Source: Ascidiella aspersa
Lineage: Eukaryota
DNA length: 64,000 nt
NCBI GenBank assembly: GCA_963924565.1
Contig: OZ004614.1
Coordinates: forward strand, 18,290,001 to 18,354,000
Direction of reading: 5' to 3'
Shown: positions 11,144 to 21,161 of the stretch, one piece after another
Layout: every line of letters starts with the position of its first letter
Position numbering within the stretch: position 1 is the stretch's first letter
Notes under the pieces: generated by a model
Told to the model about the DNA's origin: nothing
Database searches by the model: none
The model's input: the letters and a program-made list of their open reading frames with translations, nothing else
Program-made: the position numbers and the translations under genes

Positions 11144-12230
11144 TTATGTTTGTTTATTCGCGTCACTAGGGGAAGCGAATAAAGGAGGAAAAGGACGAGA
11201 AAAACGGGCGAGGCGTACATTACACAACACGGAAAAAATAATAAAAAAAAGGAAAAGAAAGGTAATGGGTAATAACAATGAAAAGCGTTGGACAGAATGG
11301 GCGGCGGGGGTTAATAAATATTCGGAGGAAACAGTGCTAGGTCTCAACAGGGTATGTAGTGTGACGAGGTTACTAGGGAAAGGACAAGAAAAAGGCGCGA
11401 CATGACAATATATTGACCACTAGGAGAGCTAGGGGGCGTTGTGGTGGAAGACCAATAGATAGACAAAATTAACGAAGGCTTGCGTGGCGATGCTTACTAT
11501 AAAACGAGGAGGAGTAATATTGAAACAAGCAAACAAGAGATTAAATGGCGTAGGTAAATAAGTAAACAAGGAAAAGAAAAAAAATGGCGACGGATACTGA
11601 AAAGAATAAAAAGTACAATAAGTAGAAAAAAGAGTGTTGGTCAGCCAATGAGAGCTCAGAGTTTGTAGTGTCTAGGGTTCGGGGAGGGGGGTATGTCCCC
11701 TGGTTCTTCTCCCTGGATTGGCTATTAAGGAGAGCTTTTGCTAGTTCTCTCTCGTTGGTGGCAGTTTGGGTTTTTGCCTCGGACGAGAGCATTTTAGGGG
11801 TAATTCTGAATTTTATTGGGGCGCACAAAGGAGCTTGGTCTTTTGATGGTTGTTTTGCCTGTTATTTGGGCCTGTTCTGAAAAGAACTTGGCCTATTTTT
11901 GGGTTGGATATTTAGATTCTATTTTGCCTATTTTTTCACCTATCCCATTAGGACTGGGTGAAAGTGAGGAGGATTTTTGGTAAGGTGGTGCCGTGAAATT
12001 TAGTTGTTCTAGGTATTGGAGGGTTAATTTTTTGGAGGGCAGCTTTGCCTTGTTGGTTTTGGGTGGTCTAAGTGGGTTTTTTATTTGAAATTGTCGGGGT
12101 TTCTGTTTCCTTATTGTGCGGTTTAAAGTTTTATTGGGTGGGAAATTGGCGGGTTGAAATTGTCGTTTAAGTTTTAACTTTATTGGGGGTGGGGTGGCAA
12201 AGCTGCCGCAGGACGCAACTCACAACGTAC

Positions 12231-15200
12231 CTATTGGGATAGCAAATTCCTGAGGTCTTGTATTGTTGACATGAATGTTGTGTCTAGCCTATTATGTTCA
12301 ACGTTAAGTCGTTGTGTAATTCCTCTTTTTATTGCAGATATAATTGCTGAAACTGGCCGAATTGGTTTATGTTCAAACTTGATTTTATTTCTGGTTCTCC
12401 AGATGTGGTGCCGGGTGAGTGTATTGATGTATACTAGGTGCTCTGTGTATATTTCAAGGTGGCTGGGTATGTTGAGTCGTGTGGTAATCTCATCGGTGAG
12501 CGTGGTGGCAGTGTTGGTGAGTCGGTTGATTAGCTGTTCAATGTATTTCCACACTGGCGCCAGTGTGGAACATGTTGAAAAAATGTGGTGCGTGGTTTCT
12601 GGCCTACTTCCGCAGAAGAGGCACAAGGTAGCCGGGTCGAGAGATATGGAAGAGAATTTGGTGGATACGGGTAAGAGGTCAAATAAAGTTCTATAATTAA
12701 ACGTTTTTGCCGCGTTAGAGAGGATTGGGTGGTGGACGTTATTCCAGAGGGTTGTCGGAGCCATGGGACCATCCCTCTGGCTAACGTCGGGGTTGGGGGA
12801 GACTAGGCCTAGATAGAGGGTACGGATTGAGCCATGAACGAGTTGGTCGAAGGAGAAGGAATATTTTTTAACCAGGTTTAAGGCGTGTTTGTAGAAGGGG
12901 TTGGGGATAACGGCGTGGGGGTGTGAGTTTCTTAGTCGTAACTTAAAAAGGTTTGAAAGTTGGAGTCCAATATTATACTCGATCATGGCCAATCCGGGTG
13001 TAGTTGGGGTATCGTTTTCTCTATGGCGGCAATAGAAGAAGATAGACTGCATAAAGAAAAGATCGCAGTAGACGGGAATGTTTGCTACCTTGTATCCCCC
13101 CCTATCGAACGGAAGGGCCAGTTGTTGTATTGGAAGGTGCAATCTACTGTTCCCAGTTATAAAATTACCGACCGCGTCATCTACCCGTTGCCGCAACGAC
13201 TCGGGGAGTGGATAAACCGTGGCTGTATAGGATATTAATGGCAGGAATTTAGCCTTCGTGACGATGGATTTGGCGTTCCACGTCATTGCGAACCGGGCAT
13301 GGCGTTTTATTGTGTCTGTGAGGGTTTTAAAATGTTCGGCCCAGTTCGCCGTGACGCTCGGCCCAGACCCGATCACGGTCCCGAGTAAACTCAGGTGCGA
13401 TCGAGTCCATCCGATGGGGGGGAGGGGGCCCTGAGCGCTTCGGGTGTAGAGGCCTTTGGTCTTGGAGTAGTTCAGAGTTAAACCCGAAGCGTCTCTGAAA
13501 CGATCTAATTTTTGGAACGCCAATGTCACGGAGTATGGGTGGCAAAGGGTCAGGGTTGTGTCATCGGCATAACTGGGACACTTGATGCAGTGTCGACCAG
13601 GTATGCCGATGCCGCTGACCGACGAGTCGGCCTGAAGGGCCAGTGAGAAGGGCGTTGCGGCAATCAGGAAAAGGAACAAGCTAAGGGGATCGCCTTGTCT
13701 TATTCCCCTTCCAATTGCAAATGGCGCGGTCGGGAACCCGTTAACAAGAACAGTAGATTGTGCGTCTGTGTTTATGCTGCGTATTACTCTGATAAAGTGT
13801 TCAGGAAAACCCATTTTAGTCATAACACAATAAAGCCATGCGTGGTCGACCGAGTCGAAGGCCTTCTTGAAGTCTAGGGAGATAAAGTAAGCATCCGTAC
13901 CCCTCCCCAGCGCGTCATAGTAGAGATCCCTAAGGAGGGTGGTGGCATCCGATATACGCCGTTTTGGCGCTGCGAATTGGTGGGGGTGGAGGACTCGCTC
14001 CAGGATCGCTTTTATCCGAGTGGCCAGGATTTTGGTGTAAATTTTTAGGTCGGTGTTGAGCAGGGAGATAGGGCGATAGTTTCCTAGGTCCGAGGGATCT
14101 TGTTTTTTGTGTAAAAGGGTGAGTGTGCCGAGTTTCATGTCCTCGGGGATTTGGCCTTGTTCGTGGATTCGGTTCATGACGTCAGTCAGATCCCGACCAA
14201 TCAGCTCCCAGTACAGAGAATAAAACTCTGTGCTGATGCCGTCCGGACCGGGGGACTTTCCCGACGCCATTTGCCGAATTGCGTTATGTACTTCCTGGCC
14301 CGTGATTGGTCGGGTCAGGGTGTCGTCTAAGGGGTCTAAGCTAGTAGGGACGTGCGCTAGAAAACTCCGCTGCGCCTCGGCGTCTGTGGGTTGAGTGCGG
14401 TACAAGTCCGTGTAAAAGCTGTGGGCGATGTTAAGCATCTCTACGTTGTTACTGGTTTTGTTTTGGCTTGTGCCTTGTTTAAGCTCGAGTATGGTTGTGT
14501 TCCTACGCTGTTCGGCAAACCGAGCAAAGAATGCCTTTGTGCCCCGGTCTCCCCAGTCAAAACCTTGGGCTCGGGATTTAAGAAGTCTGGCGCGGGCAGA
14601 TTGCCGCTGAAGGGTGCAAAGTTGACGTTTAAGGGTTAGGTAGGGGGTAAGTAGGGTTGGGTTGTTTGCCAGCGACCCCCAGAGTGCCGTGACGCCTTCC
14701 TGCAGTTGCACATGGTGTTTGTTTCGCTCTACGGCTTGCAATTTGGAGTGCTTTATGTTAAGGTCTTTTATGCGTTGTTTTATGTGCAGCCACCAGGAGG
14801 TTTTATCATCGAAAAGGGCGGGGTGGAGCGTGCTCCACATTTCCCACCGCTTTTCGAGTTCCTCCCGGAAAGCTGCGTTGGCGTAGGTGCTAGTATTGTT
14901 TTTCCAGTACCCCTTACCCTTGCGGGATCCGGGGACCGTCTCGATTTGTAAGGTTACCATGTCGTGGTCCGACTGGCAATTGGGCGTCCCATTTTCCGAA
15001 ATTGGTTTTATGAGTGCGCTGATATAGAAACGATCTAAGCGGGACTGTGTGTTGTTAAGTCTACGTGTATAGAATGGCCTATCGCCGTACAACTGCCGAA
15101 AGGAGTCTGACAACTGGAGATCGCGGCAAACGTCAATGAGACCTGCCAGGAGCTCGGGATAAGTAGAGGGGGGTAAACGATCAAGGCGCGAGTTCTCCAC

Positions 15201-15653
15201 CCCGTTAAAATCGCCCGCCAAAATGGTTGGGTGCCTCGAATGCACGTGCACGTACAGCGACCCGAAGAAAGCTCTGCGAGCAGCACTTCCTTCGGTTCGC
15301 TGCGGGGCATACACGTTTACGACGTGTATTGTTGAGCCGAAAAGCTGTATATCGACTGCCAGGACCCGCCCGTCTCCGTCGCCACTACGCGCGCCGAAGC
15401 TGAGTGATGGATGCCTAAGCAATATCGCGACCCCGTTCCTCGCGAGAGGCCTCGACAAGGCCGACCAAAACAGGGCTTTATTGGGTTGCCATTCAACACC
15501 CCACGCCATTTCCTCCGCAGGAGAACTGTGCGTCTCCTGCAGAAGAATGACGTGTGCGTCGCTTCCAGAAAGGGAATGAAAAATGGCCGATCGTTTGGCC
15601 GCATCTTTCATTCCCCCGACGTTGAATGTGGTTACTTTAAGGTAAGTAGCCAT
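12231..15653 (-). CDS. Family B ORF2p (1140 aa): APE endonuclease, reverse transcriptase, C-terminal CCHC
   Basis: TFNVGG, LQETH, GDFN, SRLDRFY, SDH; SPGPDG, YRPISLLN, LDFKKAFDSV, GIRQGDPLS, YADD; CLFC..HIFSTC; uninterrupted. Confidence 0.97.
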   Translation of the reverse strand: MATYLKVTTFNVGGMKDAAKRSAIFHSLSGSDAHVILLQETHSSPAEEMAWGVEWQPNKALFWSALSRPLARNGVAILLRHPSLSFGARSGDGDGRVLAVDIQLFGSTIHVVNVYAPQRTEGSAARRAFFGSLYVHVHSRHPTILAGDFNGVENSRLDRLPPSTYPELLAGLIDVCRDLQLSDSFRQLYGDRPFYTRRLNNTQSRLDRFYISALIKPISENGTPNCQSDHDMVTLQIETVPGSRKGKGYWKNNTSTYANAAFREELEKRWEMWSTLHPALFDDKTSWWLHIKQRIKDLNIKHSKLQAVERNKHHVQLQEGVTALWGSLANNPTLLTPYLTLKRQLCTLQRQSARARLLKSRAQGFDWGDRGTKAFFARFAEQRRNTTILELKQGTSQNKTSNNVEMLNIAHSFYTDLYRTQPTDAEAQRSFLAHVPTSLDPLDDTLTRPITGQEVHNAIRQMASGKSPGPDGISTEFYSLYWELIGRDLTDVMNRIHEQGQIPEDMKLGTLTLLHKKQDPSDLGNYRPISLLNTDLKIYTKILATRIKAILERVLHPHQFAAPKRRISDATTLLRDLYYDALGRGTDAYFISLDFKKAFDSVDHAWLYCVMTKMGFPEHFIRVIRSINTDAQSTVLVNGFPTAPFAIGRGIRQGDPLSLFLFLIAATPFSLALQADSSVSGIGIPGRHCIKCPSYADDTTLTLCHPYSVTLAFQKLDRFRDASGLTLNYSKTKGLYTRSAQGPLPPIGWTRSHLSLLGTVIGSGPSVTANWAEHFKTLTDTIKRHARFAMTWNAKSIVTKAKFLPLISYTATVYPLPESLRQRVDDAVGNFITGNSRLHLPIQQLALPFDRGGYKVANIPVYCDLFFMQSIFFYCRHRENDTPTTPGLAMIEYNIGLQLSNLFKLRLRNSHPHAVIPNPFYKHALNLVKKYSFSFDQLVHGSIRTLYLGLVSPNPDVSQRDGPMAPTTLWNNVHHPILSNAAKTFNYRTLFDLLPVSTKFSSISLDPATLCLFCGSRPETTHHIFSTCSTLAPVWKYIEQLINRLTNTATTLTDEITTRLNIPSHLEIYTEHLVYINTLTRHHIWRTRNKIKFEHKPIRPVSAIISAIKRGITQRLNVEHNRLDTTFMSTIQDLRNLLSQ

Positions 15654-15710
15654 GACTACTATTTAGTTTAGGTTCAGCTATCTATCCTAGGTACATCCTA
15701 AGTTGCGTCC

Positions 15711-17081
15711 TTATGCCATGCTTTGCGAAAGCGGCGTGGCCTTCTTCTCGCATTGGGGGCAGACGCTTATGTCTCCCGTGTTTGAAAAAAAATGGCAGCT
15801 GCCGACGCAGCTTTGTAGCCACTGGGGGCAGCCGGTACACTTAGTGGCTTTGCCCGCTAGAGGGACTTGGACGGCCACGCCGCAATCGCAGGTTTCGGTT
15901 AGAGTTTCTAGGCGCTGTGCCTTATGGTTATTTGTACTCTCGTCCGAGCCTGAATAAAACCGCTTAACTGCATCTTTTATGTTGTCGTCGTCCTGGTGCT
16001 GTTCCCCTCCTGTTGAGTCCGTTTCCGATGTGAAAGTGGTTGTAGGTTCGCTTGAGCTGAATTCCGTGGTGACCGATGTGCCCGCGTTCACCGCTAAGGC
16101 GTCGTTTTCAGTGGTGCCCGCGTTCACCGCTAAGGCGCTGTTTTCAGTGGTGCCCGCGTTCACCGCTAAGGCGCTGTTGCTTGCTGTGCCCGCGTTCACC
16201 GCTAAGGCGTTGTTGTCATTGGACCCCTGTTCACCAGGGGCCGCTTTTCCTTTCCCGCCTTCCTCGCTCTCGCTCGGTGGTTGGTCGGTTGGCGGGGGGG
16301 AGGTCCTCTCAGGCGCCTGTTGATGGGAAGGCGGCGGAGGAGGAGGAGGAGGAGGAGTAGGAGGAGGAGGAGGGATGTTGGGGAGAGGAAGGCCTGGCTT
16401 GGGCCATTGTTTCCCGTTTCGTCTGTTGACGGTGGTGTAGCCATCCGTGTTGGATGGCCCTGGTTTGGGGGTTGACGTATGATCCGGCGTTGTCAGCTCC
16501 TGTGATTTCAGGACCTGGCAGTCGTCTTTGTAGTGGCCGAACTTTCGGCATATAAAGCATTGGGGGGGTTGGCCCGTGTACTTTGTCGGGAAGGCCAGCC
16601 CCTCGACCCGGATCGTTTGCGGGATGGGGCTTCTTTTGAGGTCCGCAGTTCTCATTGTATAAGTGGTGCGGCCGTCGTTTAGATGGTTGCGGTCCTTTTG
16701 TCGCTTGTAATCTTTAACTTCTCCGTGCCGGAAATTCAATAGTGAGACTATTTCCTGGATCGGAAATCTTGGCGGGACGTGCGAGACTTCCACCGTAGTG
16801 AACTCGCTTTCATACCGCTTGACGGACTGGACCGCTGATTGGCCGGTTAGGCGGATTACCAGGTCATCGGCGGCTTTTTCGTCGACGCAGGTGAAGTCGG
16901 TGAAGCCTCCTCTGCGTTCGACGATGCCTTCCAGGCGGTTGTAATTGAAATGCACCTTCTTGAGTAGTTCGTATATGAAGTTGCGGGATCTTTTGTCCGG
17001 CAGCTTTGCCACAACTTCTGTTTTTCTTTCAAAGATGGTTCGACTTCTGGCGACAACTTTGTTCCAGCCTGGCTGGGCCAT
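15711..17081 (-). CDS. Family B ORF1p (456 aa)
   Basis: CFICRKFGHYKDDC knuckle, poly-Pro stretch, C-terminal multi-Cys domain (CDC..CTGC..CVGSC..CPQC). Confidence 0.9.
   Translation of the reverse strand: MAQPGWNKVVARSRTIFERKTEVVAKLPDKRSRNFIYELLKKVHFNYNRLEGIVERRGGFTDFTCVDEKAADDLVIRLTGQSAVQSVKRYESEFTTVEVSHVPPRFPIQEIVSLLNFRHGEVKDYKRQKDRNHLNDGRTTYTMRTADLKRSPIPQTIRVEGLAFPTKYTGQPPQCFICRKFGHYKDDCQVLKSQELTTPDHTSTPKPGPSNTDGYTTVNRRNGKQWPKPGLPLPNIPPPPPTPPPPPPPPPSHQQAPERTSPPPTDQPPSESEEGGKGKAAPGEQGSNDNNALAVNAGTASNSALAVNAGTTENSALAVNAGTTENDALAVNAGTSVTTEFSSSEPTTTFTSETDSTGGEQHQDDDNIKDAVKRFYSGSDESTNNHKAQRLETLTETCDCGVAVQVPLAGKATKCTGCPQWLQSCVGSCHFFSNTGDISVCPQCEKKATPLSQSMA
16078..16213. repeat. 36-bp coding tandem repeat (x4) in family B ORF1
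   Basis: Core GTGCCCGCGTTCACCGCTAAGGCG repeated; encodes NxALAVNAGT units. Confidence 0.85.
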
Positions 17082-17655
17082 TGCGGGCTGGGTTGAGGAG
17101 GTGTGCAGTGGGGTGACTGCAGGTTAATGGGGAGGGTATTGGTGGCGTCTTATTGGACGGTTGTCCTCAACGCTTAGGTCGGGTAGTTCTAGCGGGCCTT
17201 GAAAAAGGCCAGGAAAAGGTTTTTCCTTTTGCGCTTGGTAGGATCTGAGGGTTGGGGTTTTTTGGGTTGGCCCACTTACCGTTCCGGCGGCAAAACTCTT
17301 GAAAAACCGAGTAATGCGTTTTTTTCCGGCAACGGGGTGGGACGGGTTGCTGGTACTAAGCCTGTTCAGGGAAATCCCTACGCTCCAAACCTTCGGGGCT
17401 AGGCAGGAGCTTATTCTCTTTTCTTCCTGAATCAGGTAAGTCTGGCAGGATATTGCGCAGATCTTGCTGTCGTGGACGGTTTGTCGGGTCCTTACGGAGC
17501 TCGAAACAACAACCGTTCTGAGTCTGGTCTGAATGACTGACTGCTGACAGCTCTTCGGATATTGTGAAGGATAGAGTTCTTCACTTTGTAATAACTTGAA
17601 ACTGGCTTGCTTGGCTTTGCTTAAAATAGCTTGGCTTTGCTCTGTACACTTGTAC

Positions 17656-17905
17656 TTGTTTCTCGAGTGAAATCGAAAGAATGAAGGCGGGCGGTTTGAA
17701 ACGCCTTTTATAATCCCCACGCCTGTCGAAAAACCGCCCGACGGTTGAAAAGCGCGCGCAGTAACACCCAATCGTTTTTTCCGCGCACTCTCGCACTGCT
17801 CCATTGGCGAAAGCGTCGAGCCGTCATTTGCATCTCTTCCGATCTATAAGCGACGAGAGTGGAAAAACACGCCACACTCTTCGTCGTCGAAAGCTACGAA
17901 GAACC
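17656..17905. promoter_or_regulatory. Second copy of the H2A/H2B divergent promoter, now flanked by retroelements on both sides
   Basis: Essentially identical to 1-242 from position 17664; octamer 17826-17833. Confidence 0.9.
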
Positions 17906-19282
17906 GATTTCACTCGAGAAACGAGAAACTCGAACATACAAGTGTATGACCCAAATATGTTGTCCAAGCCATGGAGCATGGTTGTTTCCCAGGGGAATCC
18001 CCACACCGCCGCAGGGAATCCTTCCCTCGTCGCAGCGCCCCGCAGGAGGGAGGTCTTCTCCCGTCGTACGGAGGTCGTTGCTAAAATTCCAAGCAAGAGG
18101 TCAAGGAACTTCATCTACAGCCTCCTAAAACTGGTGTCGTTCGACACCAACAATCTGGAGGGGATAGTCGAACGAAAAGGAGGCTACACCGACTTCACGT
18201 GCAAAACTGAACAGCAAGCCGAAGAGTTGGTCTTCAAGCTGAAGAGCAGACCCGAGGTCGAGCTCGCAAGGCGCTATGAGAGCGAATATACCAGCGTGGA
18301 AATATCGCACGTGCCACCTCGCTTCGACATCGGTACGCTTATGGCGTACATCCAGAAGAATCACGGCACTGTCCTAGAGGCCAGAAAACTAAAGGACGCC
18401 ATAGCCGGTCTCCCAGACGGGAGAATAAAAGCAGAGGTGCTCACCGAGCACCTGAAACGAAAACCCATCCCGGCAACCATCCGATGCGAAGGACTCACGT
18501 TTCCAGTGAGGTACTACCAGCAACCACAGCAGTGCTTCCACTGCAGAGCCTTCGGCCACATCCGGGCAAATTGCCCGACACGCCAGCCCCCATCGCAGCG
18601 CCCAGCAGACGAGGAACCCGACCCAGCGACAAACTCAGAGAAGACCCCGGAGAACACGCCAACAGACATCTCGTCGGAGAGCGGTGAGAAGACAGAGGCG
18701 GCAACATCATCCAGCATAACGGCGGCCACAGCAGTAACAGCAACAGCAGCATCCGGCAACTCAGCGGCAAACGATGTCCAACAGCCAGAAGAAGACTGCA
18801 CCACCAAACGACAAAGAAGCAGCGGCAACACCCCTCCCGATCACGACCAAAAGCGTCCAAAAGCAGAAGATGACAGGCTTTGCCTGCCGCAGCCCGAGGG
18901 GCCTCCTGTGGACGGGCCAGTGCGCAAATGCCGTGAATGCCTCGAGTGCGACTGCCAAGCACTCGTGGATTTTCCAGAGCCGGGCACACCGACTGTATGC
19001 GACGCCTGCAAAAGGATCTTCCGCTGGTGCGACGAATGTAATTATGCATACGTGTGGCTTCCCAAAAGCCAGAAGTCTTGCCCCACGTGCGGGACTTTCA
19101 TACCTGAAAGCCTCTCACAAACCCTCCCGGGTTGACAGAGGCGGTCTGGAAGCAGGGAACCTGCATAATCATTGTTTGTTTTCAAAGTTATATTTGCATA
19201 TTTGTTTTTCGCCTCGCCCGTTTTATTTCGTTCTTTTTCTTTCTTATTCGTTTTCTGTAATTGATGCGAATAAACCAACATA
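17906..19282 (+). mobile_element. Family C copy 1: ORF1-only non-autonomous element in the H2B 5'UTR
   Basis: Splits GAAGAACC|CTCCTGTCAAAATG; ORF1 homologous to family B ORF1; 3' end similar to the family B 3' end; no ORF2 and no poly(A). Confidence 0.85.
17957..19135 (+). CDS. Family C ORF1p (392 aa), copy 1
   Basis: RRTEVVAKIPSKRSRNFIY aligns to family B RKTEVVAKLPDKRSRNFIY; CFHCRAFGHIRANC knuckle; Cys-rich C-terminus. Confidence 0.85.
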   Translation: MLSKPWSMVVSQGNPHTAAGNPSLVAAPRRREVFSRRTEVVAKIPSKRSRNFIYSLLKLVSFDTNNLEGIVERKGGYTDFTCKTEQQAEELVFKLKSRPEVELARRYESEYTSVEISHVPPRFDIGTLMAYIQKNHGTVLEARKLKDAIAGLPDGRIKAEVLTEHLKRKPIPATIRCEGLTFPVRYYQQPQQCFHCRAFGHIRANCPTRQPPSQRPADEEPDPATNSEKTPENTPTDISSESGEKTEAATSSSITAATAVTATAASGNSAANDVQQPEEDCTTKRQRSSGNTPPDHDQKRPKAEDDRLCLPQPEGPPVDGPVRKCRECLECDCQALVDFPEPGTPTVCDACKRIFRWCDECNYAYVWLPKSQKSCPTCGTFIPESLSQTLPG

Positions 19283-19293
19283 CTCCTGTCAAA

Positions 19294-20814
19294 ATGGCTG
19301 CAAGCAAAGGCACCAAAAAGGCTGTCAATGAAGCGGACCCTCCTCTCCTCGAAGACCGTCCTGAAACTGTCAGCTCTTTCCTCCAACCCCCTGCAACCCA
19401 GCCAGCTGAAGTTTTGGCCACTGATGTGCCCTCAACGTCGCAAGCTCGTCCGAAGATGCTTGCAAACGTCGACCAAGACATCATTGATGCCTTGATGTTC
19501 GACCAATCCTCAGACGTGACTGCACGTTTTGTTCCAGCCCTCAGTCGGGCTATGATCTCGCTGCTGATGCACGAGGTCTACCCGACTATGAGGGACTGGA
19601 TCGACCACCTTGAAGCGATTGTACAAAAGCCGAACGGCTATGTTACTTTCACTTGCACGAAAAGAGAATCTGCTGCCGCCCTGACAGCACTACTACGGGC
19701 GAGGCCCGAATGCAGTTTTGCCGAGCTATTTGATGAAGATCAAATAAAGGCAAAACTGTCATATGTACCTCCGCGAATGCGAAACGACGCCATCAAGAGA
19801 TGGTTTACTCTCAAATATGCCGAGTGCACAAGAGTCAGAATCCTTCGGGATAACGATAAATGTGCCAATGGCAAGAGAGAACTGACGCTGAAAAGCTCAG
19901 AAATCGAGAATAATCCTATCCCGAAGTTCATAAAACTCGGGAAGGCCAAGGTAGCAGTTTACTACCAAGGTCAGCCGGACTTTTGCAATTATTGCAAAGA
20001 GATGGGCCACGACTTACCCTCGTGCCCAAAACTGGCAAAAAAAAAAGAGAAAAAAAGAGAATACGCCAAACAAAAGCATCTCGTCAGAGCAGAGCCACCG
20101 CCTCTGAACGACGAAAATTTTCCTCCTATGGAGGTACTACCAGGAGGCTCTCCACTGCTCGCTGGGATCCCCCCCAGTGCCACTAGCACACCGAACGTGG
20201 TCAGAATATCGCCGAGCAAGAGCGAAAAACGAAGAAAAAGGAAAGAACGAAGAAAAAAAAAGAAGAGACAACAAAGAGAGAAGCGAAAAGAAAAGAAGAA
20301 GGCAAAGAAAAGAAATGATACAACAACGGAGTCATCCTCTTCATCTACCCCCCTCCCAATCAACGATGCCGATCCCGGTATCGAAATGCATTCCTCTCTC
20401 GAGGCCGAGCTCGAGGAAAATGCTTTCATGGCGTTCCATGCCTATGAGAAACCCCTCAATGCCATTCCCATTGGAATTGATCCCGGTTCCGAGAACTCCT
20501 CCCATATATTCTCTTCGAGCGACCCATCGCCACAAGGGAAGAGAAATCGATCTTCAACCACAGAAGGGAGCTCAAAAACACCCGCCCACAAGCCGAAGCG
20601 TCGATTGGTCGACTATACCATAGACGAGATCTCGGCAATCAAGGCCCAAACAGTGACCGGTGGTAACTACACCGGGTACTTTTGCCGAGCATGCCGCAAT
20701 TATTTCAACCCTCTCATGAAGGAGCAGTCAACTCAATGTGGCTGTCCTCTCACATCGAAACAACTCTACAGCGAGCTGCAATGCGAGCTATACGCTCATG
20801 AGTCTACTTTTTAA
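19294..20814 (+). CDS. H2B N-terminus (11 aa) in frame with family D ORF1p (506 aa total; internal Met at 19456)
   Basis: [11 protein letters not shown] then ORF1 similar to family A (KLSYVP, NGKRELTL, CNYCKEMGHDLPSC), with a long K/R tract. Confidence 0.8.
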   Translation: MAASKGTKKAVNEADPPLLEDRPETVSSFLQPPATQPAEVLATDVPSTSQARPKMLANVDQDIIDALMFDQSSDVTARFVPALSRAMISLLMHEVYPTMRDWIDHLEAIVQKPNGYVTFTCTKRESAAALTALLRARPECSFAELFDEDQIKAKLSYVPPRMRNDAIKRWFTLKYAECTRVRILRDNDKCANGKRELTLKSSEIENNPIPKFIKLGKAKVAVYYQGQPDFCNYCKEMGHDLPSCPKLAKKKEKKREYAKQKHLVRAEPPPLNDENFPPMEVLPGGSPLLAGIPPSATSTPNVVRISPSKSEKRRKRKERRKKKKRQQREKRKEKKKAKKRNDTTTESSSSSTPLPINDADPGIEMHSSLEAELEENAFMAFHAYEKPLNAIPIGIDPGSENSSHIFSSSDPSPQGKRNRSSTTEGSSKTPAHKPKRRLVDYTIDEISAIKAQTVTGGNYTGYFCRACRNYFNPLMKEQSTQCGCPLTSKQLYSELQCELYAHESTF

Positions 20815-21126
20815 AAGCCCTCCCTACTTCTCAGATGTTCGAAGATGCCACCTCCAGGTTCTTCAGTTTATGTGAAGACATCTTCGTTCATCCCTTTGGA
20901 TTCCTTTTTTTTCATTGTAAGTATACTTTGCATTGTTTGTTTATGTTTTTGTCTTTCGACAAGAACTCAACAACTTTGTATATATTCCCTTTATTCACTG
21001 TATATTTAACTTGTATTATTTGTTTCGTTTTTTTTCCTCGCAAAACTTTAATAAAACAACGGGCAATGATGCTCCCCTCCCCGGGTGGTGCAGCTGTCAC
21101 CAACACAAACCCGAGGCCCTGAGCCC

Positions 21127-21159
<33 letters not shown>
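19329..21159 (+). mobile_element. Family D copy 1: ORF1-only poly(A) element starting at H2B codon 12
   Basis: Begins after AAAAAGGCTGTCAA; ORF1, short 3'UTR, AATAAA, C/D-like module, poly(A) 21130-21159. Confidence 0.85.
21060..21127 (+). ncRNA. Box C/D-like module, family D copy 1
   Basis: CGGGC-A-ATGATGC ... CTGA-GCCCG; compensatory C-G pair replaces the A-T pair of family A. Confidence 0.65.

Positions 21160-21161
<2 letters not shown>

Larger units (their letters stand above)
11156..17655 (-). mobile_element. Family B: intact, tailless L1/Tx1-type retrotransposon inserted in the H2A 5'UTR
   Basis: Separates the H2A TATA/cap region (17679-17712) from the H2A ATG (11134). Putative 6-bp TSD AAACAA (17656-17661 and 11150-11155). 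Two intact ORFs and no poly(A). Confidence 0.92.
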
